From IMG/VR virus record IMGVR_UViG_3300030061_003198: DNA of 64,000 nucleotides; one strand, written 5' to 3'. Source of the stretch: a virus. Made by a program: the position numbers and the translations under genes. The notes beneath the pieces were generated by a model. The model was given only the letters and a program-made list of their open reading frames with translations. It ran no database searches and was not told where the DNA came from. Below, one piece after another: positions 16,985 to 26,885 of this stretch; within the stretch, counting starts at the first letter, position 1, and the number at the start of each line of letters is the position of its first letter.

Positions 16985-17779
16985 TTATTTTGAAAAATAA
17001 TTATATAATTCAATTGCAGCGCCTTGCCGCCTGCTTAAGCTTTTTTGAACATCGGCTCCGGCTCTCTCTACCTTTGCAGCAAACCCATGTGTCTTATCTT
17101 CAACACTATCTCCATATGCCATCGCTCGCTTAAACATTAATGCTTCGTATTTATTAAATTTTGAATCTGTTAATTCTTTAGTTAAAAAATCTAATTGTGC
17201 TGATAATGAGTCTTTGGTTAATTTGTTATCTTCAGTATATTTAATAAATGATTTATATCTACTTCCTAACCATTGTGCGATACCATATGCTTTAGAAGAA
17301 CTATTAATAGCAGTCGGAGAGAATTTAGATTCAACCCAAAGATTGCCGGCAATAGCACAAGACTCCTTTAAAGAAAATCCACGACTATTTAATCCTTTTA
17401 CAATTGTTATGCCATTATTAAAATCAGACTCAGCTTTAATCCAATCACGTTGTTTTTTTGGTTCAGCAACTCCTAGTTTTATCATTGTGTTTTTACCTAA
17501 TGAAAATGATGTTAAGTCTTTTGGATCTTTGATATCATTAACAATTGCTATAGCTCTAGATGTATTATCGCCAAATGAGTTATCAGGCTTTGTCATTGGC
17601 GGTTTCATATTTTTTGCATCGTCTGGATGTTTTGATATAAATAATTTTTGAAATAAATTTAAAGGTCCGTTTATTATTTGTGATTCACCGTGCTTAATAG
17701 TTTTATTCTTATGGAACATATCACTTAATGTAACGTCGGATCTAGTATTCTCAAATAATATGTTTTTTAATTTAATCAT
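16985..17779 (-). CDS. Virion-associated lysozyme (phage tail lysozyme 2 family)
   Basis: AIAGNLWVES..SP...YGIAQW.G.R...QLDFL; N-terminal MIKLKNILFE leader. Confidence 0.85.
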   Translation of the reverse strand: MIKLKNILFENTRSDVTLSDMFHKNKTIKHGESQIINGPLNLFQKLFISKHPDDAKNMKPPMTKPDNSFGDNTSRAIAIVNDIKDPKDLTSFSLGKNTMIKLGVAEPKKQRDWIKAESDFNNGITIVKGLNSRGFSLKESCAIAGNLWVESKFSPTAINSSSKAYGIAQWLGSRYKSFIKYTEDNKLTKDSLSAQLDFLTKELTDSKFNKYEALMFKRAMAYGDSVEDKTHGFAAKVERAGADVQKSLSRRQGAAIELYNYFSK

Positions 17780-18237
17780 TCGTGTTTCCTTCCGAAAAAC
17801 TGTTGAGAAGATAAATCAATTTTATATGTGCCAGCTGAGGCAGAATTTATTGTTTCTGCTTGTTCTCTTGTAATCTTATAAGGCTCTCTCCCTGGTGTGC
17901 GAGTCCAATCCCACCCATCGATTTCTATATATTTAGAACCTATAAATTTAACTCTAAATTCTTGATTCCAATTTGGATGCTCATCATGCGTCCAAAACTT
18001 TCTGTCATTTGAATAATAATAAATCTTAGCATCCTTAATAATACTATTTGGTGCAATATAATCTGCCGGAGTGTTTCCGAATTTATCTTGTATATTTAAC
18101 CGTAATTCAAATCGACTTTTGTGATATTGTTCAGAAACAATATTGCTACTCACAATTGCAAATTCACCCGGCTTCAGTTTTGGCCATTTGATATCTAAAT
18201 TTGGATTTTCTTTTAATATGTCTTTGAGTTTAATCAT
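17776..18237 (-). CDS. Putative internal head protein
   Basis: MIKLKDILKE leader shared with neighbour. Confidence 0.6.
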   Translation of the reverse strand: MIKLKDILKENPNLDIKWPKLKPGEFAIVSSNIVSEQYHKSRFELRLNIQDKFGNTPADYIAPNSIIKDAKIYYYSNDRKFWTHDEHPNWNQEFRVKFIGSKYIEIDGWDWTRTPGREPYKITREQAETINSASAGTYKIDLSSQQFFGRKHE

Positions 18238-18256
18238 TGGTATTTCCTAAAGTTTA

Positions 18257-18808
18257 TTAGCCACGTGGCTCTCGTGGATCAGATCCACGTCGACGTGGAT
18301 CCATGGGAGCTTTACCGTATTTTGATATCATCTTCTGAAGTTGACTTTTTAATTTAGCTTTTTTATTTATTAAGAAATTATCTGGAGGGATTGTAAATTC
18401 TATTGCTTGGTGATCCATATGGAAGATCTTCTCATCATGGCCATATGTAGATGTTCCCGGGTCCATATATTGACGGAATTTGTTAGGGTCTATTTCTCGT
18501 TGGCTTAGATCTGCAACTGGAATTATTTTTACAGTGGCTTCGCTTTCAGACGGGGGACTTGCGCTGCCTCTTACATGCATATCATAGGCTAAGAGGCATA
18601 TTAAAGTCAAAAGTCCTTCTGAGTTACGGTATTCATACACATCCCATGGATGATCGAATAGGTAATAGGTAAATCCTTGTTGTTTTAATACATCATCATA
18701 TGCTTTAACAACTGGGTCTAACATTTTTTCTTTACTTTGTTCTGTTAATTTTTTTAGATTCTTGGTACCGAATCTTCTCATATTTTCTTTTAATTTGTTT
18801 GTTTTCAT
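18257..18808 (-). CDS. Putative internal head protein
   Basis: NKLKENMRRFGTKNL leader shared with 63340..63834. Confidence 0.6.
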   Translation of the reverse strand: MKTNKLKENMRRFGTKNLKKLTEQSKEKMLDPVVKAYDDVLKQQGFTYYLFDHPWDVYEYRNSEGLLTLICLLAYDMHVRGSASPPSESEATVKIIPVADLSQREIDPNKFRQYMDPGTSTYGHDEKIFHMDHQAIEFTIPPDNFLINKKAKLKSQLQKMISKYGKAPMDPRRRGSDPREPRG

Positions 18809-18969
18809 TTTTTATCCTTTTTATATGGAAACATTTTATTTAATTTTTCTTGCCTGGCATCGCATCCGCAATCACTAGAAGTTAGTTTTGCTATTTTTTC
18901 TGCTAATTGATCTAATTTAATAGCAGATGTAATTTTTTTTATGTCGTCACCTAAACCTCTCGATTTCAT
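18805..18969 (-). CDS. Small conserved phage protein (54 aa)
   Basis: MKSRGLGDDIKKIT...DCGCDARQEKLNKMFPY; ATGA-coupled on both sides. Confidence 0.75.
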   Translation of the reverse strand: MKSRGLGDDIKKITSAIKLDQLAEKIAKLTSSDCGCDARQEKLNKMFPYKKDKK

Positions 18970-20117
18970 TTTTTATCCTTATCTTGTTTGTCGTAGTAGT
19001 CTTTTGGATGAAATTTCATTTTTACTACTTTTCCATCTGTTTTTATACTTTTACCATCAACAATAATTTCAACCGGATAAGGTTTGTCTGGTTTGTCATA
19101 CCAATATGCCATTTCATATCCGCCGTTATCTAAAAGTTTAACTAATAGACCTCTGTTATAATCTGCATCTTCTGCTTTTAATACTTTTTGTTGGCCTCTT
19201 GGTAGTACCATATCTATTTTACTAGACTTTTTATCTTTTTTTTCTTTTATATAACCCGTGCCTTTAGTTGCTTCATCTTCGCCTGGTTTATCAATTTGCC
19301 AATCCTTAGCTCTTTTATATGAATCGCCAGATTCGTCTGCATAGTCATCTTTCTTTCCAAATGGTCCTGATGGCCATGACTCTTCATCATCTGCAGAAAA
19401 TATATTATTATTTTCTTTTATTTCTAGCCTAGGAGATAATTGTATCATTGTTATATCTTTTTCCAAGTCACTTAATTTTTCTAAATGGCCTGAATTTCTT
19501 AATGATTTAAAAGCTAGATTTTCTATAGAATATTCGCCAACTGTTTCTAGACCAGTCTGTCTAAGTTGTTTTAAACGAGACTTGAGCTTTTGAATTTTAT
19601 CTAATAAATTATTGTCATATGGATCTAAATCATCAATAGCATATTCATATGGTTTTGATTTTGTACTGATATCAGCGTCTTCTACTGATATAACCCTAGC
19701 GTCTGGCTTTTTTATCCAGGCATCATTAAATAATGAATATACGCCTGATGAAGTATGTGGTTCATTTAAGTCTTGTGCATATAACTCTATATTCATTCCT
19801 TTGAATTCTATAGGATATGTATTATTCCATATATTCTTTTTAGCTTGCATTAATTCTCGAACTAATAATAAATTATCATTGATATCATAATAATTAATAA
19901 TTAAATGTAAATCAATATCAGAATGTTTAGTCCAATTATAATTTGCATTACTACCTGTTAATGTAACATCTTTTATTTCTGCATCAGTACCTAGGAATTT
20001 ATAAAAGGCCCTTGCAATTTTAAGCAGTTGTATGCGTAATTTGGGATTGAATTCTCCATCAACCCATAATTTAGGATTCAATTCTGTTTGTGTTTGATAT
20101 TCGTTAATTTTCATCAC
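18966..20117 (-). CDS. Pol-beta-superfamily nucleotidyltransferase with C-terminal extension
   Basis: LTGSNANYNW...SDIDLHLI...IELYAQD (hGS..DxD..E). Confidence 0.85.
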   Translation of the reverse strand: MMKINEYQTQTELNPKLWVDGEFNPKLRIQLLKIARAFYKFLGTDAEIKDVTLTGSNANYNWTKHSDIDLHLIINYYDINDNLLLVRELMQAKKNIWNNTYPIEFKGMNIELYAQDLNEPHTSSGVYSLFNDAWIKKPDARVISVEDADISTKSKPYEYAIDDLDPYDNNLLDKIQKLKSRLKQLRQTGLETVGEYSIENLAFKSLRNSGHLEKLSDLEKDITMIQLSPRLEIKENNNIFSADDEESWPSGPFGKKDDYADESGDSYKRAKDWQIDKPGEDEATKGTGYIKEKKDKKSSKIDMVLPRGQQKVLKAEDADYNRGLLVKLLDNGGYEMAYWYDKPDKPYPVEIIVDGKSIKTDGKVVKMKFHPKDYYDKQDKDKK

Positions 20118-20122
20118 TATAG

Positions 20123-22240
20123 TTATACCTGTTTATAAACTTCCCAAGCCATTGTTAAGAATTCCCATGTACTTGCTGAAAACTCTGAAGCGTGGGTTGA
20201 TAAGTAATTCCATTTTTGAGATGCAGTAGCTACAGAAGCTTCGATCTCTCGTCCATCTTCTTGCAATCCAGGAATATCATCATATACTGTTGCTTTAATC
20301 GCCTTGGCGCCGGCCTTTGCGTTTTCTGGAGTTGCATATTTACTAGCTAGTTGACTAAGTTTTGTTTTTACTGGTGATAATATTGGTTTAATATTGGTCT
20401 TTCCGAAATCTTTAATAGCTTCCATGTCTTCGCCATCAATTGCACCAGCGTATCGTAATGCTATAACCAATGATTGTAATATTACTCCCTGCGCATCATC
20501 GGTATCATTTAATCCTAATTTATCTCCTGCATCTTGTATCTCATTACTTAATACATCTAACGTCTTAACGCCTTTCGTATTAGGCCAATCATACCATGGC
20601 TTTGCATCCCACGCTCCAGCAAATTTAAGGCCAGGGGAAGTTCCTGCTGACCAATTAATTACTTCATCTTTAATAAATGTATTATAGTATGGGTTGCCTT
20701 TTTTTGCTGCTATATCACTAACATCTTTTACTAAATTTTTATAATCTCCTGCAGAAAAATTTAATGTATTATTTTTTTGTATTAATGACTTTAATATGTC
20801 TTCAATTTCTTTAACTGGTTTTTTATGTAAATCTGTTAATATATCAAGTGTATATGGATCTAGATTTTTAAAGTATTTACTACCACCGAGTACATTGCCA
20901 TTTGTTTTTATCATATTAGCTAACAATAAAGGACTAGCAGCAAGTTTACGTTTAAACAATGATCGTACTGCTCTTTCCATATCAGCTATATTATCTCCAC
21001 TTTTACCAACAAATCTTTTTAATAAACTAGTCGATCCTTTTCCAAGATTGCCTGTTACAACTCTTATTGATGCTTTAAGCATTGACGCTGGAATTGTTAT
21101 TGGAGATAAAACTAAACGTAGTGGTAACCCAACAATTCTTTTACCAATATTATATGTGCCTTTAGCAGTTGTTTTAATAACTTTTCCTGTACCTTTAGCT
21201 ATTTTTGCCATTGTAGACAGTGTCTTTTCTTCTGGTACGATCGTTCTTATAGTGTTAGCAATATTATCCATTTGTCTATATGCTACGTCTGGAACTGGTA
21301 TCCCGGCTTTTTCTAATTTTCTAACACTTTTTGTTAATAATCCGGCTACTTGATCTCCTGCTTTAGCAAATTGTTTTAATGTAGCTCCATCAATATAACC
21401 ATCTTTCAACATCGTTTCCCATATTTTCTGCATATCTCCAGGATTACCTTTTGTAGCTTTACGTAACGCTCTAGTAACTTTACCCATTCCGATTGATTTA
21501 AATGCTACTTTTAAACTACTACTTAAAATACTTCCTGCTACTGGTATTACTGCTATTGATGATAAGACACCATCTATATATTTGCCTCGTCCAAAGTATA
21601 TTGCGGCATTAATAATATCTAATATATCTCCAAACCCAGGAATAAATCCTGCGAAGTCTAATACTGTTTGAAAATAGTCTATTGCTGTCCATTCATCTTC
21701 ATCTTTAATCTTAGCTATAGGATGAACAAAATTCCATCCTTCTGGATCATTATTAGATTCTGCAGAATCTATATTAGTAACATCCTTTGCTAACATGTTA
21801 CCTTGACTTGATGCACCGTTATATTGAATATGAAAATGAGGACCAGTTGCGTGTTCAGTCGGTGTTTCATATTCGTCTAAATATGAAAAATCTGAATTAG
21901 ATGATTTAAATTGTTTTAATGCTTGTGCTACTTTGGCTTTATCTGCAGAACTACTAGTAACTACAAAATCTAATGCTTCTCCTGTATTATGGCTTGAATT
22001 ATATTTATCATGAAATTTATCATGTCCTGCAGTAATTTCTATAGATACTTCTGGATATTCTTTTTTTAGAAATTTAAAAAATTTAATAAATAATTTTACT
22101 GCATAGATTGACATTTCTCCGCCAGAATCAATTTCTTTGTTTTTTTCTTTATATCCGGCCGGTAATCCTTGTCTAAGCTTATACGCTGCTTGTTCTTGTA
22201 GCTTAGAATATTCTTCTAATATTATTTGTTCTATGTTCAT
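20123..22240 (-). CDS. Large virion protein: M15-like peptidase + pre-toxin TG-like hydrophobic domain
   Basis: SSH..G.ALDF...HATGPHFH (Zn peptidase); LDFAGFIPGFGDILDIINAAIYFGRG...AVIPVAG. Confidence 0.7.
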   Translation of the reverse strand: MNIEQIILEEYSKLQEQAAYKLRQGLPAGYKEKNKEIDSGGEMSIYAVKLFIKFFKFLKKEYPEVSIEITAGHDKFHDKYNSSHNTGEALDFVVTSSSADKAKVAQALKQFKSSNSDFSYLDEYETPTEHATGPHFHIQYNGASSQGNMLAKDVTNIDSAESNNDPEGWNFVHPIAKIKDEDEWTAIDYFQTVLDFAGFIPGFGDILDIINAAIYFGRGKYIDGVLSSIAVIPVAGSILSSSLKVAFKSIGMGKVTRALRKATKGNPGDMQKIWETMLKDGYIDGATLKQFAKAGDQVAGLLTKSVRKLEKAGIPVPDVAYRQMDNIANTIRTIVPEEKTLSTMAKIAKGTGKVIKTTAKGTYNIGKRIVGLPLRLVLSPITIPASMLKASIRVVTGNLGKGSTSLLKRFVGKSGDNIADMERAVRSLFKRKLAASPLLLANMIKTNGNVLGGSKYFKNLDPYTLDILTDLHKKPVKEIEDILKSLIQKNNTLNFSAGDYKNLVKDVSDIAAKKGNPYYNTFIKDEVINWSAGTSPGLKFAGAWDAKPWYDWPNTKGVKTLDVLSNEIQDAGDKLGLNDTDDAQGVILQSLVIALRYAGAIDGEDMEAIKDFGKTNIKPILSPVKTKLSQLASKYATPENAKAGAKAIKATVYDDIPGLQEDGREIEASVATASQKWNYLSTHASEFSASTWEFLTMAWEVYKQV

Positions 22241-22276
22241 GATATATATATCCGTTTTATTTATATATAAATATGT

Positions 22277-22624
22277 TTATTTCCAAAACAATTGAATTAT
22301 TATAATTGAAAATGCTAATAATAATGAAGTAGCAGTTTTTAATGTTATAGCTTCGCCTTTAAACAAGTAAGTAAATAATGTAAAAATAGTAATACCACAA
22401 ACAAATGCAACAAATCTACCAGGCCAAAATAAGCCTTCAAACCCTTCAATTGTAAGTCTTGTAGCTTCCATGAATATATAAGTTATTGGAATACCCATAA
22501 TGGCTAATAAAAATTTATATTTTTTTAACATTGGCCAAAGTATTGGGCCATTTAATTGCATCCAAACAAATATATGTCCTAATAAAAATAATAATACTGA
22601 AAATGTGATTAATCTATAACTCAT
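22277..22624 (-). CDS. 4-TM membrane protein (DMT/SMR-like size)
   Basis: Four hydrophobic helices, WPGRF motif. Confidence 0.7.
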   Translation of the reverse strand: MSYRLITFSVLLFLLGHIFVWMQLNGPILWPMLKKYKFLLAIMGIPITYIFMEATRLTIEGFEGLFWPGRFVAFVCGITIFTLFTYLFKGEAITLKTATSLLLAFSIIIIQLFWK

Positions 22625-22629
22625 AACTT

Positions 22630-22658
22630 ATTATAATAAAAAAACATAAATTATCCTA
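22630..22658 (-). promoter_or_regulatory. Phage promoter TAGGAT-N17-TATAAT
   Basis: Variant of recurrent motif. Confidence 0.6.
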
Positions 22659-22694
22659 GTTATTTTTTGCTAACCTTATCTATATTCAATTATA

Positions 22695-23072
22695 TTAAAA
22701 TTTCTCTAAAAATAGTTCGTCAATTGATTTTTGTATTTCTTCGAAGGTAGCATCTAATTCTAACATAATATTACCTTTGAATTTATTTTCTACATAACCA
22801 TTTTGAAATATTAATATCGTAGGATAAGAATATATTTTATATTTCTTTTTTAAATCAGGACTTCCTTGTATACAGACTCTATAATAATGACAATGTTCTA
22901 ATCTTTTCCACTGTGCAAAATTATTTTGTTTATTAAATGGAGCATTAAATTCAACAACTGTAACTCCTTTTTGTGTTTTTGTTTTGAAATTTGTTGATGT
23001 AATGGTTTCTTGTGCACTAATAGCACCTAAGCTAGGAAGTAATGCTAATAATAATATTTTAATTATTTTCAT
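22695..23072 (-). CDS. Secreted thioredoxin-fold protein lacking CxxC
   Basis: Signal peptide; VVEFNAPFN replaces VxFxAxWC; KYKIYSYPTILIF cis-Pro motif. Confidence 0.7.
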   Translation of the reverse strand: MKIIKILLLALLPSLGAISAQETITSTNFKTKTQKGVTVVEFNAPFNKQNNFAQWKRLEHCHYYRVCIQGSPDLKKKYKIYSYPTILIFQNGYVENKFKGNIMLELDATFEEIQKSIDELFLEKF

Positions 23073-23371
23073 CGTCTTTTTCCATTTCTAATATAATCAT
23101 CGATTTTATCAATTTTAATTTTAATGTCTTGTACATCTTCTTGTGTCGACATTATTGTTTGTCGTATAAGTTGATCTTTTAAATCATATTCATCTCTAGA
23201 GATTACAGGATCAGGTAATTTTTTTGCTTCTTCAATTTCACTTCTGATGTCATCTAGATCTGATTGAAATGCAAACCAGAAACTTACTACTGTAGTAATT
23301 CCTATTGCTATGGCTATTAGAGTTTTTATTGTTATTTTAAACCCAGTGTCTTCGTCTAATTGTTTTCCCAT
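23069..23371 (-). CDS. Single-TM coiled-coil protein
   Basis: TM then EAKKLP...EYDLKDQLIR heptads. Confidence 0.7.
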   Translation of the reverse strand: MGKQLDEDTGFKITIKTLIAIAIGITTVVSFWFAFQSDLDDIRSEIEEAKKLPDPVISRDEYDLKDQLIRQTIMSTQEDVQDIKIKIDKIDDYIRNGKRR

Positions 23372-23376
23372 GATAT

Positions 23377-24489
23377 TTACTTAAATTGATAATTAATACC
23401 CACTTTACTAGAATATACTACTCTATCCCAATACTTCAAATAGTTTCCTTCTAAAAATATGCCTAATCCTTTGCTTATCTTAGCTCCAAACATTAATCCT
23501 ATATTATAATCAATCCATTGTGTCTGGCCTAATGTTTCTGGATTTCTGGATACAAATCGAGAATAACTAAAATTTTCGTCTCCATATATATGTTTATGCC
23601 TAGGTATTATATTAGCCCAAGCATGACCCCATACTCTTTCATTTTTAGCGTAATGATACCAATCGATTCCAATAACTGCGGATAATGTAAATAAGCCGCC
23701 AACTTCAGATAATTTTTCGTTTTGAAAATCATTTACAATATCTCCATAATAATGTGTTCTAAATTCTTCATCGGAACTTGCTATTTCATTGCCGTCTGGA
23801 TCTTTCCACATCCAATCAATTATAGTATCAGGTTGTGCACTAGTAAAGTCGATTAATTGATATGGTTGATCTGTGTAGTTATATTGATACGCTAATGTCC
23901 ACCAAGCATTATCCCGAAGATATATACCTATAGGATTGTATCCATATGGACCATGAGATCTTACTAAGCTTCCAATTGATAAATTTAAATGCTTTCCAAT
24001 TGCCCATCTAAATCTTAAATCGGCTTGAGCATATTTTAAATCAGCTACACCGAATTCATTAAACTTAATTGATCCTACCCACCAATTGCCTAGATATCTT
24101 AAAAAATAACTTTGATTGTTAAAGTTATCTCCCCATTGCCTTACCCAATCTCTTGCAAACAAGTATTCAAACCCTTTGACTGCTCCTATATTAGATTTCC
24201 ATCCAACATTTTCTTCTGAGCCGTCGTAAAATACATTAGGTTTAACTTCATAATCAAATCTAGCTATTTTTCTAATGCCAACAGAAATTCTATAATCAAA
24301 CGGGTATACTTCAGTTACATCAGTTAAACGACTATCTTGTGTTACATACCAATCTTTGTTAGATTCTTGCAGTGGCTGGCCTATATTACCAGATGCATAT
24401 ATTGTTGAGTACTTGAAAAACTTTTTAACAAATTGAGAGTTTGCATTAAAACTTATTATACATAAAAATATTAATAATAGTTTTTTCAT
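23377..24489 (-). CDS. Predicted outer-membrane beta-barrel protein
   Basis: Signal peptide, amphipathic aromatic-rich strands, C-terminal VGINYQFK beta-signal. Confidence 0.7.
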   Translation of the reverse strand: MKKLLLIFLCIISFNANSQFVKKFFKYSTIYASGNIGQPLQESNKDWYVTQDSRLTDVTEVYPFDYRISVGIRKIARFDYEVKPNVFYDGSEENVGWKSNIGAVKGFEYLFARDWVRQWGDNFNNQSYFLRYLGNWWVGSIKFNEFGVADLKYAQADLRFRWAIGKHLNLSIGSLVRSHGPYGYNPIGIYLRDNAWWTLAYQYNYTDQPYQLIDFTSAQPDTIIDWMWKDPDGNEIASSDEEFRTHYYGDIVNDFQNEKLSEVGGLFTLSAVIGIDWYHYAKNERVWGHAWANIIPRHKHIYGDENFSYSRFVSRNPETLGQTQWIDYNIGLMFGAKISKGLGIFLEGNYLKYWDRVVYSSKVGINYQFK

Positions 24490-24776
24490 TCTTGTATTTC
24501 CTCACCGGGATTTGATTTCCCAAAAATTTTGCCAGCTTCTGATATTCCGAAGCTTCCTAAAGTTATCCATAAAAATGAGTTATAAATAAATTCGTTAACA
24601 TGTAATGGATTTCCGGTCCAACCTGTAACTATATCTGCAATTGCGAATAGTACCATTACTGCAAATGATGCAAATCCTACAACATTTTTTTCATTTATAT
24701 CATTATTGTCTTTAAACATGTCTCTAAAGGCCATGAGTCTTTTCCTTGCTTTTAGCAATAACTTGTTTGTATTCAT
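24486..24776 (-). CDS. Holin-like 2-TM protein
   Basis: Two TMs, immediately downstream of the endolysin candidate. Confidence 0.55.
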   Translation of the reverse strand: MNTNKLLLKARKRLMAFRDMFKDNNDINEKNVVGFASFAVMVLFAIADIVTGWTGNPLHVNEFIYNSFLWITLGSFGISEAGKIFGKSNPGEEIQE

Positions 24777-24789
24777 AATAACTTTTTAA

Positions 24790-25404
24790 TTATTTGTTTA
24801 TATCTTTACTCTCTAGTAATGTGTATGTAAATGAATTGCCCCAAATTGCTCTAGCTTTTCTCATTATCTTCATGAACGCTGTCCAATCATCATTAGCAGC
24901 TATTACTTGACAACCAGCTGACCATTTATCTATTTGTGATGATTTTCTTCCAGCATATTTAGTTGCTCTGTGTATGTTAATACCATAAAGGCCTTCCATT
25001 ACATTTTCTTCGGATAAATCATATTTACCGTCTAAATTCTTATCTCTGTAAACTTTTACTGGTTTTTGTTGTCCTAACGCTTCATATCTTCCGCCATGAA
25101 GTCTTATTTTATGAGAACTTCTATATTGACCTGGTTTTAAAATAGCAACGCCATGCTTATTCATTATATTTTCTACCCAATGTTTTCCAGGATCTGTTGT
25201 AGCATCATAACAGTGAAATTGCCATTCACTATCTATTTTATATGATACTGTGATTTTATCGTCAAATTTATTAGTAACTTCGTTATCAGTTTCAGAATTT
25301 CGAATTCCTACTATATTAACGTCATAGCCTAGATTTTTATGATCTTCAAACCATTTATAACCTTTTGCCTTAACAGCTGTTTCTATAGCTTCTTTTGTAT
25401 ACAT
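24790..25404 (-). CDS. Putative endolysin, L,D-transpeptidase/YkuD-like active site
   Basis: GINIH...WSAGCQV (H-xn-S-x-G-C). Confidence 0.65.
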   Translation of the reverse strand: MYTKEAIETAVKAKGYKWFEDHKNLGYDVNIVGIRNSETDNEVTNKFDDKITVSYKIDSEWQFHCYDATTDPGKHWVENIMNKHGVAILKPGQYRSSHKIRLHGGRYEALGQQKPVKVYRDKNLDGKYDLSEENVMEGLYGINIHRATKYAGRKSSQIDKWSAGCQVIAANDDWTAFMKIMRKARAIWGNSFTYTLLESKDINK

Positions 25405-25443
25405 ATTTACCTTTTTTAATAAATATATATCAAAACTAATAAC

Positions 25444-26199
25444 TTATATAAATTTTAAATTATTTTCTGGGTTGTGTTTTATATAATTGCCCCATTTATA
25501 TTTAGCATATTCATGTCCTAATTGTTCAGCTTGTTGTCTCTTCTCCCCATTTGCTGAAACAGACGCAAAGTGATAGAAATGACAATTATATATTCTAGAT
25601 GAACCTATACCCGATAAATTACATTTTAAAAAGAAATCCCAATCTGCAACCATACCTAATTCATAGTTTTCATCCCATCCACCTATTCTAATAAAATCTT
25701 TCTTTTTCATATAAATAGGTAATGTGGATCCTGTTACATCTATTATTTTTTTTGCGATTGTATTTTCATATCCCCAATAATTATCTAAATTAAATATTTT
25801 AGGATCAGATCCGAAATCTTTTATATGGAATTGGGGAAATATAGATGGATTAGGTTCTATTTGATTTGGCACAATCATATGATTATCTTGAAGTTTCCAA
25901 TAGTTTAATTGGATATCCCATTCTAAAGGAAAAACATTGTCATCATTTACAATTAAAATATTATCATGTTTTGCATTATATACTCCTAAGTTAGTTCCTC
26001 GACATAATCCTACGTTTTGTTCTAAATTTAAGATATCTATATTATCTTTCCATTTTTCTAAAACTTCTTTATTTAAGTCATAAAAACCATCTACCACTAC
26101 TATAATTTGATTTTCATCATCTTGCCCTACAATTGCTGATTCTAAGCATAGATCTAGATATTCTGGTGATTTATATGTTGGTATAATAACACTAATCAT
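25444..26199 (-). CDS. GT2 glycosyltransferase
   Basis: ISVIIPTY, IIVVVDG, VNDD, GGWDE, ADWDF. Confidence 0.9.
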   Translation of the reverse strand: MISVIIPTYKSPEYLDLCLESAIVGQDDENQIIVVVDGFYDLNKEVLEKWKDNIDILNLEQNVGLCRGTNLGVYNAKHDNILIVNDDNVFPLEWDIQLNYWKLQDNHMIVPNQIEPNPSIFPQFHIKDFGSDPKIFNLDNYWGYENTIAKKIIDVTGSTLPIYMKKKDFIRIGGWDENYELGMVADWDFFLKCNLSGIGSSRIYNCHFYHFASVSANGEKRQQAEQLGHEYAKYKWGNYIKHNPENNLKFI

Positions 26200-26885
26200 A
26201 CTTTACTCCAATCTGTTAAAGGTGATAGCCATTTGGTCTCTCCATGGGTTGCATAGCCTGGTAATGGTGTTATAAGTAACTCTCCTTGTTCTCGTAATTC
26301 TAAAAACATATGAAAATCATTCGGATGTGTAGTTGATGTATGTTTTCGTAGTATCGGTTCTACCCGTTTTAATGTAGATACTTTTGCAGCAAATGTCATA
26401 GTAGTTGAATTAGTTATTTTCCAATGACATGAATCTGTTAGATAAACTCTTGTATCTTCTCCGCCGCCTTCGCAATACGGATTGCCGCCTTTGCTTGGAT
26501 CTAAATATTTATCTGGATGATCATATAATGCTACAAATGATGCTCCTAATTTGATTCCTTCTTCTAATATTTTTTTTGAGTTTGGTTTATGTAAATAATC
26601 ATTCTCTATAAAATAAACTATATCGTCATCATTATAGGTTAATGCTTCATCTAATGCTAAATTAAAAGTAGCGGCTCCATTTCCCTCACTAGCATAACGA
26701 ATATGATCTTTTGATTTATACTTTTCAATCATACCGCTAGTCTCTTTAGACACATTATCTGCTATAATAGACCATTCAGCATCTTTAAATACTTTAGTAG
26801 CATTAGCTAAACATTTTTCATTGGCTATATATTCTGGCTTTTCTTTTTTATAGCCAGCGTCGGATATTCTATATATTATTTTCAT
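26196..26885 (-). CDS. GT-A glycosyltransferase
   Basis: IADN, YFIENDYLH (ExD) motif. Confidence 0.75.
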   Translation of the reverse strand: MKIIYRISDAGYKKEKPEYIANEKCLANATKVFKDAEWSIIADNVSKETSGMIEKYKSKDHIRYASEGNGAATFNLALDEALTYNDDDIVYFIENDYLHKPNSKKILEEGIKLGASFVALYDHPDKYLDPSKGGNPYCEGGGEDTRVYLTDSCHWKITNSTTMTFAAKVSTLKRVEPILRKHTSTTHPNDFHMFLELREQGELLITPLPGYATHGETKWLSPLTDWSKV

